NCBI RefSeq assembly: GCF_004010195.1
Contig: NC_057718.1
Location: 41,437,803 to 41,501,802, forward strand
From: Chiloscyllium plagiosum
Lineage: Eukaryota
Reading direction: 5' to 3'
Length of the DNA: 64,000 bases
A model generated the notes under the pieces. That model worked only from the letters and a program-made list of their open reading frames with translations. It made no database searches and was not told where the DNA came from. The position numbers and the translations under genes were made by a program. Shown here piece after piece: positions 51,893 through 63,900 of this stretch; positions within the stretch are counted from its first letter, which is position 1; each line of letters begins with the position of its first letter.

Positions 51893-52243
51893 TTACTCAT
51901 TCACGGGATGAGGGTGTCACTGGATAACCAGCATTTATTGCTGATCCTTAATTGCCCAGAAGGCAGTTAAGTGTCAACAGCATTGCTGTGGGTCTGGAGT
52001 CACATGTAGGCCACACCAGGTAAGGACAGCAGTTTCCTTCCCTGAAGGGCATTAGTGAACCAGATGGATTTTTCCAACTATCGACAATGGATTCCTGGTC
52101 ATCACAGACTCTTGATTCCAGATACTTATTGAATTCAAATTCCACCATCTGCCATGGCAGGATTCAAACCCGGGTCCCCAGAACATTACCTGCGTCTTTG
52201 AGCTAAAAGTCCAACGATAATACCACTAGGCCATTGCCTCCCC
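51893..52243 (-). mobile_element. Full-length tRNA-derived SINE with MetaSINE-like core
   Basis: Minus strand has A box tggcctagtgg, B box ggtttgaatcc and core ggttcactaatgcccttcagggaaggaaactgctgtccttacctgg...acatgtgactccagacccacagcaatg. Its tail is shared with the second LINE family. The Meta-domain assignment is from recall. Confidence 0.8.
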
Positions 52244-52334
52244 ATTGCCAAAAGATCATATTAAATGGAGAAGCAGGCTAAAAGGGCCGAATAGTCTACA
52301 GCTGCTCCTATTTTCTATGTTTCTATGTTAAGGG

Positions 52335-52950
52335 TTTCTGTTTCATCCACCAAACTGTGCAGAGAAATCCAGATACCCACCAACCTCTGGTTTAAAAAAG
52401 TTTTTCTCATGTTCCCGCTAATCATTCCGACAAATCACCTTAAGTCTGTGCCCCTTGTGATTGACCTATCCACTACTGGAAGCAAAGTTGTCCTGTCCAC
52501 TCTATCCAAGCCCCTTATTATATTGTGCACCTTGATTAACAGCTTCTTCTGTTCAAAGGAAAACAACTCTAGCTTATCCAGTCTTTCCTCATATCTGCAA
52601 TTTTCGAGCCATGGCAACATTCTTGTAAACCTCCTCTGTACTCCTTCTGGGGCCGTTGCATCCTTTCTGTAAGGTCATGACCAGAATTGTACACAAACTT
52701 ACGGCAATAGCCTAATCAGGGTCTTGTATATGTTCAGCATTCCATCCTTTCCCTTGCATTCAGTACTTCACCCACCATCTTATTTTTCTGTTCTGCCACC
52801 TTCAGGGGACTGCAGATATAAACTCTAAAGTGTTCCATTTTCTCTACTCCTCTCCATACTCTTCAGTTTATTGTATATTATTTGCATTCACTAAAGGCAA
52901 ACCCTTGCACTTCACTAATGAATTCCACTTAACACTTTTCTTCCCACTCA
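52335..52950 (-). mobile_element. CR1 LINE fragment
   Basis: ORF 52435-52620 has YEERLDKLELFSFEQ...IIRGLDRVDR. Confidence 0.8.
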
Positions 52951-52959
52951 ACAAGACCT

Positions 52960-53235
52960 TTTTTTATTCATTTGTGGGTTGTGGGCATTGCAGGCCATCA
53001 TTTATTGCCCATTTATTGCCCATTCCTTGTTGCCTTTGAGAAGGTGGTGGTGAGCTGCCTTCTTATTTGGGAAGCTGGAATGAGTGGAGAGTGTCAAGCT
53101 CCTAGGAGTGGTCATCCACAACAAGCTTCCTTGGACTCTTCCTGTGGTTCCAAAGGCCCAACAACATCTCTTCTTCCTCAGGCAGCTGAGGAAATTTGGC
53201 ATGACGGCAAATACCCTTGCCAATTTTTAAAGGTG
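52960..53235 (-). mobile_element. Second LINE family 3' end
   Basis: ORF 53002-53223 ends KKAAHHHLLKGN, followed by the tail gggcaataaatg. Confidence 0.6.
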
Positions 53236-53239
53236 CACC

Positions 53240-53730
53240 ATTGAGAGCACTCTGCCTGGATGTATCACTACCTGGTATGGCAACTTCACCATTCAAGATC
53301 GGAGACGGTTACAAAGAGCGGTGAACTCAACCCGGACAATCACAAAGGCCAACCTCCCATCTATAGAATCCATGTACCAGGCCTGCTGTCAAGGAAAGGC
53401 CGCTAGCATTCTCAAAAATCCATCCTACCCTGGCAATGTTTTTCTACAAACTGTACCATTGGGGAGAAGGTACAGAAGCCTGGACAGACGCACCAGGTTT
53501 TGTAACAGTTTCTATCCTACTGTTGTTAGAATACTGAATGGACTCACAAACTCTTAATATTCGCCTGTACCTGTGTTTTTGTTTTTGCCACTGTTTACCT
53601 GATATTTACTACTTATGCTACTTAACTCTGTGATCTGCCTGTATTGCTTGCAAGACAAAGCTTTTCATTGTGCCTCAGTAAACGTGACAATAAATTCCAT
53701 TCCATTCCATTGCATTCCATTCCAATCCGT
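53240..53730 (+). mobile_element. Rex1/Babar LINE 3' fragment
   Basis: IESTLPGCITTWYGN...ORF 53321-53557 LPSIESMY...ILKNPSYPG...GRRYRSL...NSFYP. Tail aataaa(ttcca)n. Confidence 0.88.
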
Positions 53731-53732
53731 TC

Positions 53733-54089
53733 CCAGACTCTCACACTCACAGTGTTACTGCCAGACTCTCACACTCACAATGTCACTATCAGACTCTCAC
53801 ACTCACAGTGTTACTGCCAGACTCTCACACTCACAGTGTCACTACCAGACTCTCACACTAACAGTGTCACTGCCAGACTCTCACACTCACAGAATCACTG
53901 CCAGAATCCCACATTCACAGTGTCACTGCCAGACTCTCACACTCACAGAGTCACTGCCAGACTTTCACACTCACAGAGTCACTGCCAGACTCTCACACTC
54001 GCAGAGTCACTGCCAGAATCCCACACTCACAGTGTCACTGTCAGACTCTCACACTCACAGAGTCACTGCCAGACTTTCACACTTGCAGT
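53733..54089. repeat. Minisatellite, 28 bp unit (ccagactctcacactcacagtgtcactg), about 13 copies
   Basis: Unit starts at 53733, 53761, 53789, 53817 and so on to 54069, a period of 28. Confidence 0.97.
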
Positions 54090-55719
54090 GGAGAGCAGGA
54101 GGATTGGGTAGTGTTGTGTTAACTAGGAGAATCATACAGAAGGCAGTAACTAGATAAGTGTTGGGTAGGAGGAAAGGTTACTCCAACATGTTTTCATTGG
54201 ATCATGGATCAGATCAGATCTAAATTAAACAGGCCAATATACAATAGGGAATTTATATTGTGCCAATACTTGCAGATGCTTGAACCCCAAATGATATAAT
54301 TGGCCCCAATTTGAAATTATTCACAAGGCTTCTATATTGGTGACCGCAGTCAGATAATTTGCAATGCTTTGCATTATTTTCACAGCTCACCTACTACATT
54401 CAGGCCTTGTATGAACAGGCCACAAGTCAGATCAGCCTGCGGGAAACTGACTTCCATCACACTACTGACTGTTCCTCCCACGACCATGAGTGGTATATAG
54501 TAGTGGTATCGTAGAGTACTGGCCATCATTTTTCAACAAGTTGCAATAATACTTCTATTAACCTTTTAAGCATTATTTACAATGTCCATGCACAAAAGCA
54601 CTCTTCAGATCGGGCATCCTAAACATGGAAGAAACAACTGGTCCTCACTAAAATGAAGAGGTTTCCCGTTTACATATGGAATACTCCATAGCGCTTGATT
54701 GGTTCCTGCTTCGATAACCTGAATTTGTTGGTATTGGCTGTGTTCACGTTTCCTGCTGTCACTCAGAATGGCAGAATGCATGCAGTATGAATCCTGGCAC
54801 TGGAAGCAGGCAGGCTCACAGTTTACTATTTCTGACAGCGCCTGCATTTTGCAAGTTTGATTGAAAGTGAAAAATATGGAATTGGTTGACACTGGCAAAG
54901 CCAAACCTCTCCAAGTCTCAATTTGCACAGACGACAATACTTAAAACAAAAAATTCACACAATGTTAGATAAAACTGAATTACTCCACAAAGCATACTGC
55001 CCCTAAATCTGGTTTTTAGTATAACAGTGAAAGCTATAGCCCTACATTTTTAAAAGAACTTGTACTGCTGTAAATATAATCATTAACTGGCACAGAGGGT
55101 GTTACAGAGACAGGAATCAAATGACACAATGAAATATCCAAACCACGTCAGGGGATGTTTCTGTCAGAGAATATAAAGTAGTTGAGCTGTCCATTTCACT
55201 TAAAATTGGGAAGTCTATTCATCCAAGGTGTATCATGAATTTCCCTGACAGTCTGGGAATGCTCTCTCTGCTTAATCCTCATGTCTCATCAAAATGCTTT
55301 TCAAAACCTAGATTTTGAGCCATCCAAGTTCAAGGTGGGAGTGAGAGAATAAACCAAGGCACTTGCATAAGCAATGATATATATTAATTTACAAGCAGTT
55401 CATACTATACATGAAATATAGCCAGCAGTACTAAGTGTTATTTTTATCCTTGGATGCTGATTCATGTGTTTTGATAGACTTCAATTAAAATGTTTGACGT
55501 TTGGAAACAAATGAAGTGAATGTTTCTTAAAAATGTTACTCTATTTAGCAAACATGGAAATACTTTTTCATTAAATACCAATTCAAATCATATTTGTAAT
55601 GAAATAGAGGCAGTCAAGGTGGAAATCTAGTGGTGTGACTTGGCACCTTGCATGCTCAAGGCTCACTTGATATGAGTAGAGTTTGTAAATAACCAAACCA
55701 CGCAACTACCTGAACTCGT

Positions 55720-56545
55720 GAAATAGTGCAAACTATGAGGAGGAAAATGTAGAACTTCAAAAATACATCGTTTGTTATAATGTGTGCGGACAACTGACAG
55801 ATGAAATTGAATGCACTAAAGTGCAAAGTTTTTTTTGTAGAAAGAATGCAAAGAGACAATAGAGTATTTTAGGACAGGTGCAGGAGCTGACACATATCAT
55901 TGAAGGTGGCAAGACAGGCTGAGAGAGCATTTAAAAAACATATCACACCTCTATCAATAGGGAACATAAAGTATAAAACAAGGAAATCCTGTGCAACCTA
56001 TAGAAAATATTGGTTTCAACTAAAGTATTGCATCCAGTTTGAGTACCACAATTTGAGAAGGATTTGAAGGTATTTGGCAGAGTGCAGCAAAGATTCATAA
56101 AATGGTTGCAGGGATAGGATCTTCAGTTCGATACATAAACTGGAGAAGTTGGCACAGTTACCCGCAGAAAATGCAAAGGTGAGGGGAGATTGATGGAGGT
56201 ATTCATAATCAGAACGGGGGTCTGGAAAGAGCAGTCGGCGAGAAACTATCCCCTTTGATGGAAGGAGATTCAGATAATTGGCAAAAGAAGCAATTGCAGA
56301 AGGAAGAAAATCTTTTTTCATGCAGGGGGTTTGCTAAGATCTGGAATGATATGCCTCAGAATGTAGGAATGGTGGGTTTAATCAGCTAATCAGAAGGTGT
56401 TAGATCATTATCTGAAAAGGAAAATTATACAGGTCATTGGGGCAAAGGCAGACAGATGGCAGTAAGTGAATTCCCCCTGCAGATAGCCAACAAGAGCACA
56501 GTGGGCTGAATTGTCTCCTTCTGTGCAGTATCTATTCTATCATAA
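55720..56545 (+). mobile_element. Old CR1 3' fragment
   Basis: tgacagatgaaattgaatgcactaaagtgcaaag (WQM.FN..KC-like), aagtattgcatccagttt (YCIQF) and tail tgggctgaattgtctccttctgtgc. Confidence 0.75.
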
Positions 56546-56655
56546 ATACTGTAGTGGCTTGTTTAGAAGCATATAATGGGAACAAATATGTCCATGTAGT
56601 CAGACTTTTTTGTAAAGTAGAAGCAGTTCTGGTGAACAACAAATGGCACCAGCAA

Positions 56656-57869
56656 TTATTTGAGGAGGTGACAAGTCAGGTCGCCAAAGGTCGAGCAGTG
56701 GATGTGGTGTATGTGGACATCGGCAAGGCATTTGATAAGGTTCCCCATGGTAGGCTCATTCATAAAGTCAGGAAGTATGGGATACAGGGAGATTTGGCTA
56801 TCTGGATTCAGAATTGATTGGCTGACAGAAGTGGTTGTAGATGGAAAGTATTCTGCCTGGAGGTCAGTGTTAAGTGGGGTCCCTCAGGGCTCTGTTCCTC
56901 GGCCTCTTTGTAGTTTTTATAAATGACTTGGATGAAGAGGTTGAGGGCTGTGTTAGTAAATTTTCAGATGACACAAAGGTTGGAGGTGCTGTCGATAGTA
57001 TCAAGGGCTATTGCAGGCTGCAGCATGACACAGACAGAATGCAGAGCTGGGCTGAGAAATGGCAGATGGAGTTCAACCTGGATAAATGCGAAGTGATGCA
57101 TTTTGGAAGGTCGAACCCGAATGCTGAATATGGGATTAAAGACAAGATTCTTGGCAGCGTGGAGGAACAGAAGGATCTGGGTGTGCAAGTACATAGATCT
57201 CTCAAAGTTACCACCTAAGTGGATAGGGTTGTTAAGAAAGCATATGGTGTTTTGGCTTTCAATAACAGGGGATCGAGTTTAAGAGCCGCGAGGTTTTGCT
57301 ACAGTTCTACAAGTCCCTGATGAGACTACACTTGGAATATTGTGTCCAGTTCTGGTTGCCCTGATATAGGAAAGATACAAAGGCTTTAGAGAGGGTGCAA
57401 AAAAGGTTTACCAGGATGCTGCCTGGACTGGAGGGCTTGCCTTATGAAGAAAGGTTGAATAAGGTCAGACTTTTGTCTCTGGAGAGAGGAGGAAGAGAGG
57501 AGACTTGATCGAGGTATACAAGGTAATGAGAGGAATAGATAGAGTCAATAGCCAGAGACTTTTCCCCAGGACAGGACTGACTGGTACAAGGGGTCATAGT
57601 TTTAAGATATTAAGAGAAAGGTACAGAGGAGACGTCAGAGGTAGGTTCTTCACGCAGAGAGTTGTGAATGCATGGAATGCATTGCCAGCAGTGGTAGTGG
57701 AAGCAGTCATTAAGGACATTTAAGTGACTGATGGAAATGCACATGGATAGCAGTGAGTTGAGGGGTGTGTAGTTTAATTATTATACTTTACATTAGGATT
57801 AAACCTTGGCACAACATCATGGGCCAAAGGGCCTGTTCAGTGCTGTACTTTTCTATGTTCTATGTTCTA
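56656..57869 (+). mobile_element. CR1 LINE RT plus 3' end (young, frameshifted)
   Basis: [54 protein letters not shown] and FFTQRVVNAWN. Tail (ttctatg)n. Confidence 0.95.
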
Positions 57870-59726
57870 ATTCTGCAAAAAGATCTTCAGCCTGAACTTT
57901 GATTTTTCTCTGCACACAAGCTGCCTGACAGGCTGAGTATTTTGTAGGTAAGGAGCACAGTAATGAATTAGCATGTATATGGATTCAGTGATCCTTTTTG
58001 TTGTTTTGTCATGGAACTATGAGGATTGCCAGCACCTGGCTGAATACAATTTGCCCTGTCTATTTGTGCTATCCACAACCTGTTTCACGCTGGGGAAGAT
58101 AAGTCAACAGTAAAAACATCTCAACATGAGTGGACAAATGAAGTGGAAGATACAGGCTGGAATATATTTCCTCCACACATGTGGTAATGCTTATGTGTAT
58201 TATGTTTTTCTATGGCTCACAGATGATTATACAACCCATAGACTGCTTTGTGTTGCTGTGAGTTGATCTTGCGTGTAATTCAGTAGCACTCTTCGCCAGC
58301 ATAGTGGTTAAATGGAATCAAACGTCTGTTTTTCCTTTGTACATAACTGCGTTCTGACTTGAAATGTTGCTCAACCCCCTTTATCCCAATGATTGAAATG
58401 ATAATGAAAACCAAACTTACATCATATTCATAGCCGTGCAGGAAGGGCTTGATAAAATTCTTAACCTAGAATGTCATCAATGGCCAGGAAATGATATCTG
58501 TTCAGAGCCACAGAGTAAACAACTTTGCACAGCAGCACAGCTTTTTGTGATTCTTAGAGCTAAAGGTTTAGAATCATGAATGTTGTTTGCTCACTGTATA
58601 AATTGTTGCAGTTCACAGATCCAGACAGCTGGAGAACGGTTCACAGAGCATTACGCATTTGTGACAACTGAATTTTCATTCATTTTGTGAAAAATACTCT
58701 GTAAAATTCCTGGAATTTGGGGAAGATGTAAAACAAAAGTTTTGCCTGGGAAGGATCTGGAATCTGGGACAGAACTTACTCAAACAGAACTCATCCCTTC
58801 AGTACCAGCCTGTTGATTTGATAGGAGGGCCTTAAGCCAGTCAAAGGGGCATACCTGGTTAAATCTAGATTTTTCCCAGATCATGATGTCCCCTTCATCT
58901 TTAAAAGGCTTCAGCCTAGGCCTAACCAGAACCTTTCAACAGTAAGGTAATCAATTGATGGGATTGCCTGCCACTTGTTTCCTAGGAGTACAATTCCCTG
59001 CATTGATGCTGGTGGACAAGCTCTCCCATTTTCTGAGGTTTCTAAGTTTTGGATTCAGTCATCAACTATGTTCATGTTATTTACACAGGCCGAGTAAAGA
59101 AGATCAGAAAGGCTGCAGTTTTATTTGGCCAGGAACAAAAGGATAGCATCATTTCTATTAAAATTTGCTTGACAAAATTTATCAAAGGAGCATCTGCATT
59201 GTAATCATTCTTTTCTAAGTGTGATTTTTTACAAAGCATTTTAGCAGGCTTTGACACTCTCAAAAGTAACTATTAATCCCACTTTAAAGTCATGTAGCAG
59301 CCTCTGAAAAAGACAAAAAAGAAATGAAAATCAATCACAGTACTAAAAGCTGTGACAAAGATGTGTGAAAAAAATGTTCAGTTTTATTGAAAAGAACTTT
59401 GACATTTGGATCCAAAGAGTTTTCAGAATTTAAAGTTTTGTTTCGATACATGTTATCAATCTCAGCCATGCTAAACAAAGACCAAATACTGCCCTACAGA
59501 TGGAGTAATTGAATGGAATCATTGAGGACTATTCTTCTGCACCTCATCGCAAACAAAGAACAGGGCAGGCAAAGGCTGGGAATAGGTCATCTGGCTAGGC
59601 ACACTGTTAAAAAGCCAAATCGTTATGTTGATGCTTTCTGGAATATTCAGTGATGTTTGTAAATGAATAGAAATGAGACTGTCAAAACTGCCTCTAATTA
59701 TTTTTAAAGCAAAGCATATTGCATTT

Positions 59727-59870
59727 AGAACATAGAACATAGAACCATACAGCGCAGAACAGGCCCTTCGGCCCTCGATGTTGTGCCGACCTGTGAACTA
59801 TTTTCAGCTTGTTCCCCTACGCTATCCCAAAGTCATCATTGTGCTTATCTAAGGATTGTTCAAATCTCCT
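59727..59870 (-). mobile_element. CR1 3' tail
   Basis: (agaacat)n followed by acagcgcagaacaggcccttcggccc. Confidence 0.8.
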
Positions 59871-59884
59871 AGCACCTTTAACTT

Positions 59885-60950
59885 GATGAAATATTCATGG
59901 GTGCTTGACAAGACATTTGACACTGAGCTGCATAAGGAGATACTCAGGCAGACACATGTCCAAAAGCAAGATGTAGTCTTTAATAAGTTTTTTTAGAGGA
60001 TGAAGGAGAGACTGAGTGAGTTAGGAAGAGGAATCCACAGATTGCAAACTATACAGCTGAAGGCATGCTCCCAGTAACTAAGCTAATAAAATCAGGGTTA
60101 CTCAAATAGCACATATATCTCAAAGCATTGTGAGGCTGGATGGGATACCAGGGTTAGAGAGAGCTAATGGATGTATTTTAAAACAAAACTTAAAATCAAG
60201 GCATTTTTCAACCAGGAGCCCATAGGTCAGAAACCACAGGGGTAAATGATGAACAGAACTTGGCATGAGTTAGAATACAGGTGACTGATTTTTAGATAAT
60301 TTGAAGTGAGAGGGTAGAAAATGTTCACTGGCGAAGTGTGCTTTAGAATGATCAAATCTTGAGGTAACAAAGGATGGATTAGGATTTCAGTAACAATTCA
60401 GCTAAGGTCGAGTCAGAGTTGGTTGATGATGCAAAAGTGGAACTAAAAAGTCTTTGGATGGCATGATGGCTTAGTGGTTAGCACTGCTGCCTCACAGCAT
60501 CAGGGACCCAGGTTTGATTCTTGCCTGTTTGTGTGGATTTTGCACGTTCTCCCCATGGTTGTGTGGGGTGGTGCTCTGGTTTCCTCACGCAGTGCAAAGA
60601 TGTGCTGGTTTGGAGGATTGGCCATGCTGAAATTGTCCGTAGTGTCCAGGGATGTGCAGACTAGGTAGATTAGCCATGGTAAATATGGGGTTAAGGGGAC
60701 TGCGTCTGGGTGGGATGCCCTTTGGAGGATCAGTGCAGACTCGAGGGCAAAATGTAGGTCTTTACACACTGTAGGGATTCTATGATTCCTGGTGACAGAG
60801 CTGATATGTTGTCAGAACTTTGTCTTGGGGTTATGTAATACAGTGAGATTGCAAATAATCTGGTTTGGCCTCAGGCAGGTGGAAGGAGAGGGATAGATTC
60901 AGTGGCTAGCAAGTGGTGTTTGTGGTTGTGAGTGAAGATAGCCATAAAGT
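59885..60950 (-). mobile_element. L2 LINE 3' remnant interrupted by an HE1 SINE
   Basis: gaggaatccacaga...cagctgaaggcatgctccc, cttaaaatcaag...aaccaggagcc and tcaaatcttgaggtaacaaagg (reverse of FVTSR.D). Confidence 0.6.
60456..60788 (+). mobile_element. HE1-type V-SINE, older copy
   Basis: tggcttagtggttagcactgctgcctcacagc, ggtttgattc, the V-domain, and tail ctgtagggattctatgattc. Confidence 0.88.
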
Positions 60951-63900
60951 TTTGTACAATGCATCACAATCCTGATAGCAGGATGAATTCAAAGTGGGGG
61001 ATCCTGAAAATGAGTACTGGTAAATGATAAATATAAGCTTCATGAACAAACCACCTCCTGTAACCTTATCTAATTACGGATGATCGCTGGACTCCACCTT
61101 AGGAGGTGCCTGCAACATATCTTGTTAATAGGGTTGCCAGAATCCTTTATAATGTGGGCAATGCCTCTCCATCAGCAAAAGCAACAGAAGTGCCATGGAC
61201 ACTTTCCAGTGGAAGGGAATTAGATGTCACTGAAGTAGGACTGGAATTATCAGAGACATCAGTCTCTATGAAACGGCAGCAAGGGAATGTCTGATGCTGG
61301 GGTACAGATATCCTTGTGGATCACTGTTGGAACATATTGGAACACCTCTGATCCATTTTCAGGTTTCTGAGACACTGGGGAAGCTTCAATCACCATTGGG
61401 AAAACCACTTGGACCAAGAGAATAAAGTGGCTTGTTATCACCCTTAATTGGATATCTGTCACAACTGGGCAGAGTGTTCTGAGGTGGGAACATGTTGGAA
61501 ATACTGTATGATGCACATTTCTTACACTCCTGCTTCCACCTTGAAAGTAGGAAAATTCAGTCCAAAATTCAGATTTGATCTTCTGCAAATTTAGTTGCAG
61601 GGAATTTGGCTTTTCCTCGTATATGTTGAGGGAAAGTAATGGGCACAAATGTTAGTCCAGCAAGCGACTTCCACATCCCATTATTGAATAAATGTTAAAA
61701 GCACTACACAGTGGACAAGCATATTACAAGTGAGAGACCAGAGATGGGTGGAGAGATGTGATGGTGGTTAGGTAGAGCTGTATGTCACCAGTGGACATGT
61801 GGTACCTGAAGATTTATATCTGGACGATGCTTCTGAGCGGCAGCATGAGAGGGCCGGCTATAATATCAAGAAAAAAATAATACATTTTAATAGATACTCA
61901 ATAGGTCCCTTCCTAAAGTCACATCAGAATAATCTTTTAGTGACTTTAAAATGCACATGTTCTGGTCCAAGATTTACATGTGTGTAGCCTGGTATACAGG
62001 AGGAGTAGAATTATTTTCCATGTTTTTGAAGTTTCAGTTGGAAAGGTCAATTTTTCTGCCATCAAATGACACCTGTTCACCAATAACTGAAGTCAATGAT
62101 ACTCAATTCAGTTTCCACTAAAAGCAATTAGCTCTAGCTCTCATCGCAGGTGACGGCACAAAACTTTAATGTCAAAAAATAATGAGAACAATTTCTGATG
62201 ACATCGAGATGTCATTTTACACAATATGGCACCCAAGCCATTCTGATAAAGTTGAGGTAATTAGTGTCAAAGGAACAGCACTGGTTCATAAAGATGGTTT
62301 CTGTTTTAGGATGCCAATAATTGTATTCCAAGAACATCACTACAGGAATTTCTCAGCTCTGATTCTTTAACCTAATCATCATCGGTTGGTTTATCAGTGG
62401 TCCTACTCCATCATACAGTCAGGAGTCTGGCCTGATCATCTGTAGTTCTGTAATTTTCAGTGATACCCACATCCCTTCTGATAATGAAGCAAACCACTTC
62501 AGTCCAGGATATGGATAATGTCCAGGCTTGGGTGAGCAAGTGACATTCAAGGCAAAGTCAAAGGAATTGTAGGACCAAAGCACTGACTACTATGGTATTG
62601 CATCGACTCATAGCTGCACTCCTTTTAAATATACAGTTTGCTGCTCAGAGAATTCAGTCATTGAATTGAACCCAGTCTCTTGACTTCTCCATTCGTTTTT
62701 TGTTCAATTTTTAGGTTGAGCTTCCAATTTACTCTATCTAATAAATAACGTTATTTAAGATTTTTACTCACCTTTTATCGTTTGCTTACCAATCCCACTA
62801 CCTAATTTGGAAGTTTGAGTAACATTGAAACTATTGCTATTTTAACACTTACTTTATTGTCAGAAAATACAGCAATACATATTTCACAATAGATGGAATT
62901 ACACTATCAGGCCAATCTGAGGCTCGTTTCTCAGGTCTGTAAAGGCAGAGGGTACAAATCGTGCAAATGGAATGGTTCTTCCAGCAACAGGATGCATTCA
63001 ATTAAGGTAGATTAACAACTGAACCCAAAACTCTGCAGACTTAAATTGTATGTAATGGAGCATAAAATAGTCAACAACAATTTCTGCACATCTGTCCATG
63101 ATCTACCTCACTTCACTTGGCACCGATGCCTCAATTAATACCATCTGTCAAATGCATTAGAATGAAAATTTCAACAATTTTTTTTCTGATCAGTGATGGG
63201 TTAATCAATATAATTGGAATCAACCTAGCAAGCATTGGTTGTTTAAAATATCCCAAGTGTTTGAAGTATTGCCTCATTTTACAATTGATATGAATTGTTA
63301 ATTATCAGTTTAGAAATATAATATTGTGAGGACTTCCCACAAATGTTTGAAGCATTCAAAGAAGACCTGATGCTCAAAATTTCGACTGCCAATAGTAAAT
63401 TAGCTAATCAACCCACTTTGGGCAAGGTAGGGAATTGTCCACTTAAATAATTCACTAATTAGATTATAATACTAATCCTGCATTTTATATAATGTGTCTT
63501 TGAGAACTGAGATAAGTTGTATTTCAACTAAGAGTTTTAAGCCAGTTTTCAGTCAACAGACACCTGGACTATGATCTCTCTAGAAATCTGAGTAGGAACA
63601 TCTTGGACCTAAGTCTGTGATACATCTGTAAAATACTTTTTTATATAATAAGTCAAGGAAAGCCAAAAAAAGTAAAACTGAAATAATTTATTTAACCACT
63701 AGAGCACCACAAAATTTGCAGGCTTCACAGACATACCATGTGTTAAAATACATAGTAATTAGCCAACAAATATGTATGTTTGACCAAAATGTACGTTTGA
63801 AAGATAAAACAAGGAGAAAGCACCCACCCTCCCACCCAAGTGGTAAGATCATCAAATGTCCAACATTTACTAAGGATCAAGAAATAAGTGTACAATATTT

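Larger units (their letters stand above)
49240..52330 (+). mobile_element. Older CR1 ORF2/3' end split by three later insertions
   Basis: NFQRAFNKVPH (49385-49420), GIPQGSVL (49545-49570), RKDVL|AL across the HE1, LIETY after 51566 and tail gggccgaatagtctac...tctatgtttctatg at 52283-52328. Confidence 0.75.

Noticed and set aside
53615..54157. His/Cys-rich repeat proteins (zinc-finger-like), or a CRISPR array
   Set aside because: The ORFs are by-products of a 28 bp tandem repeat. The units are contiguous with no unique spacers, and the context is eukaryotic.
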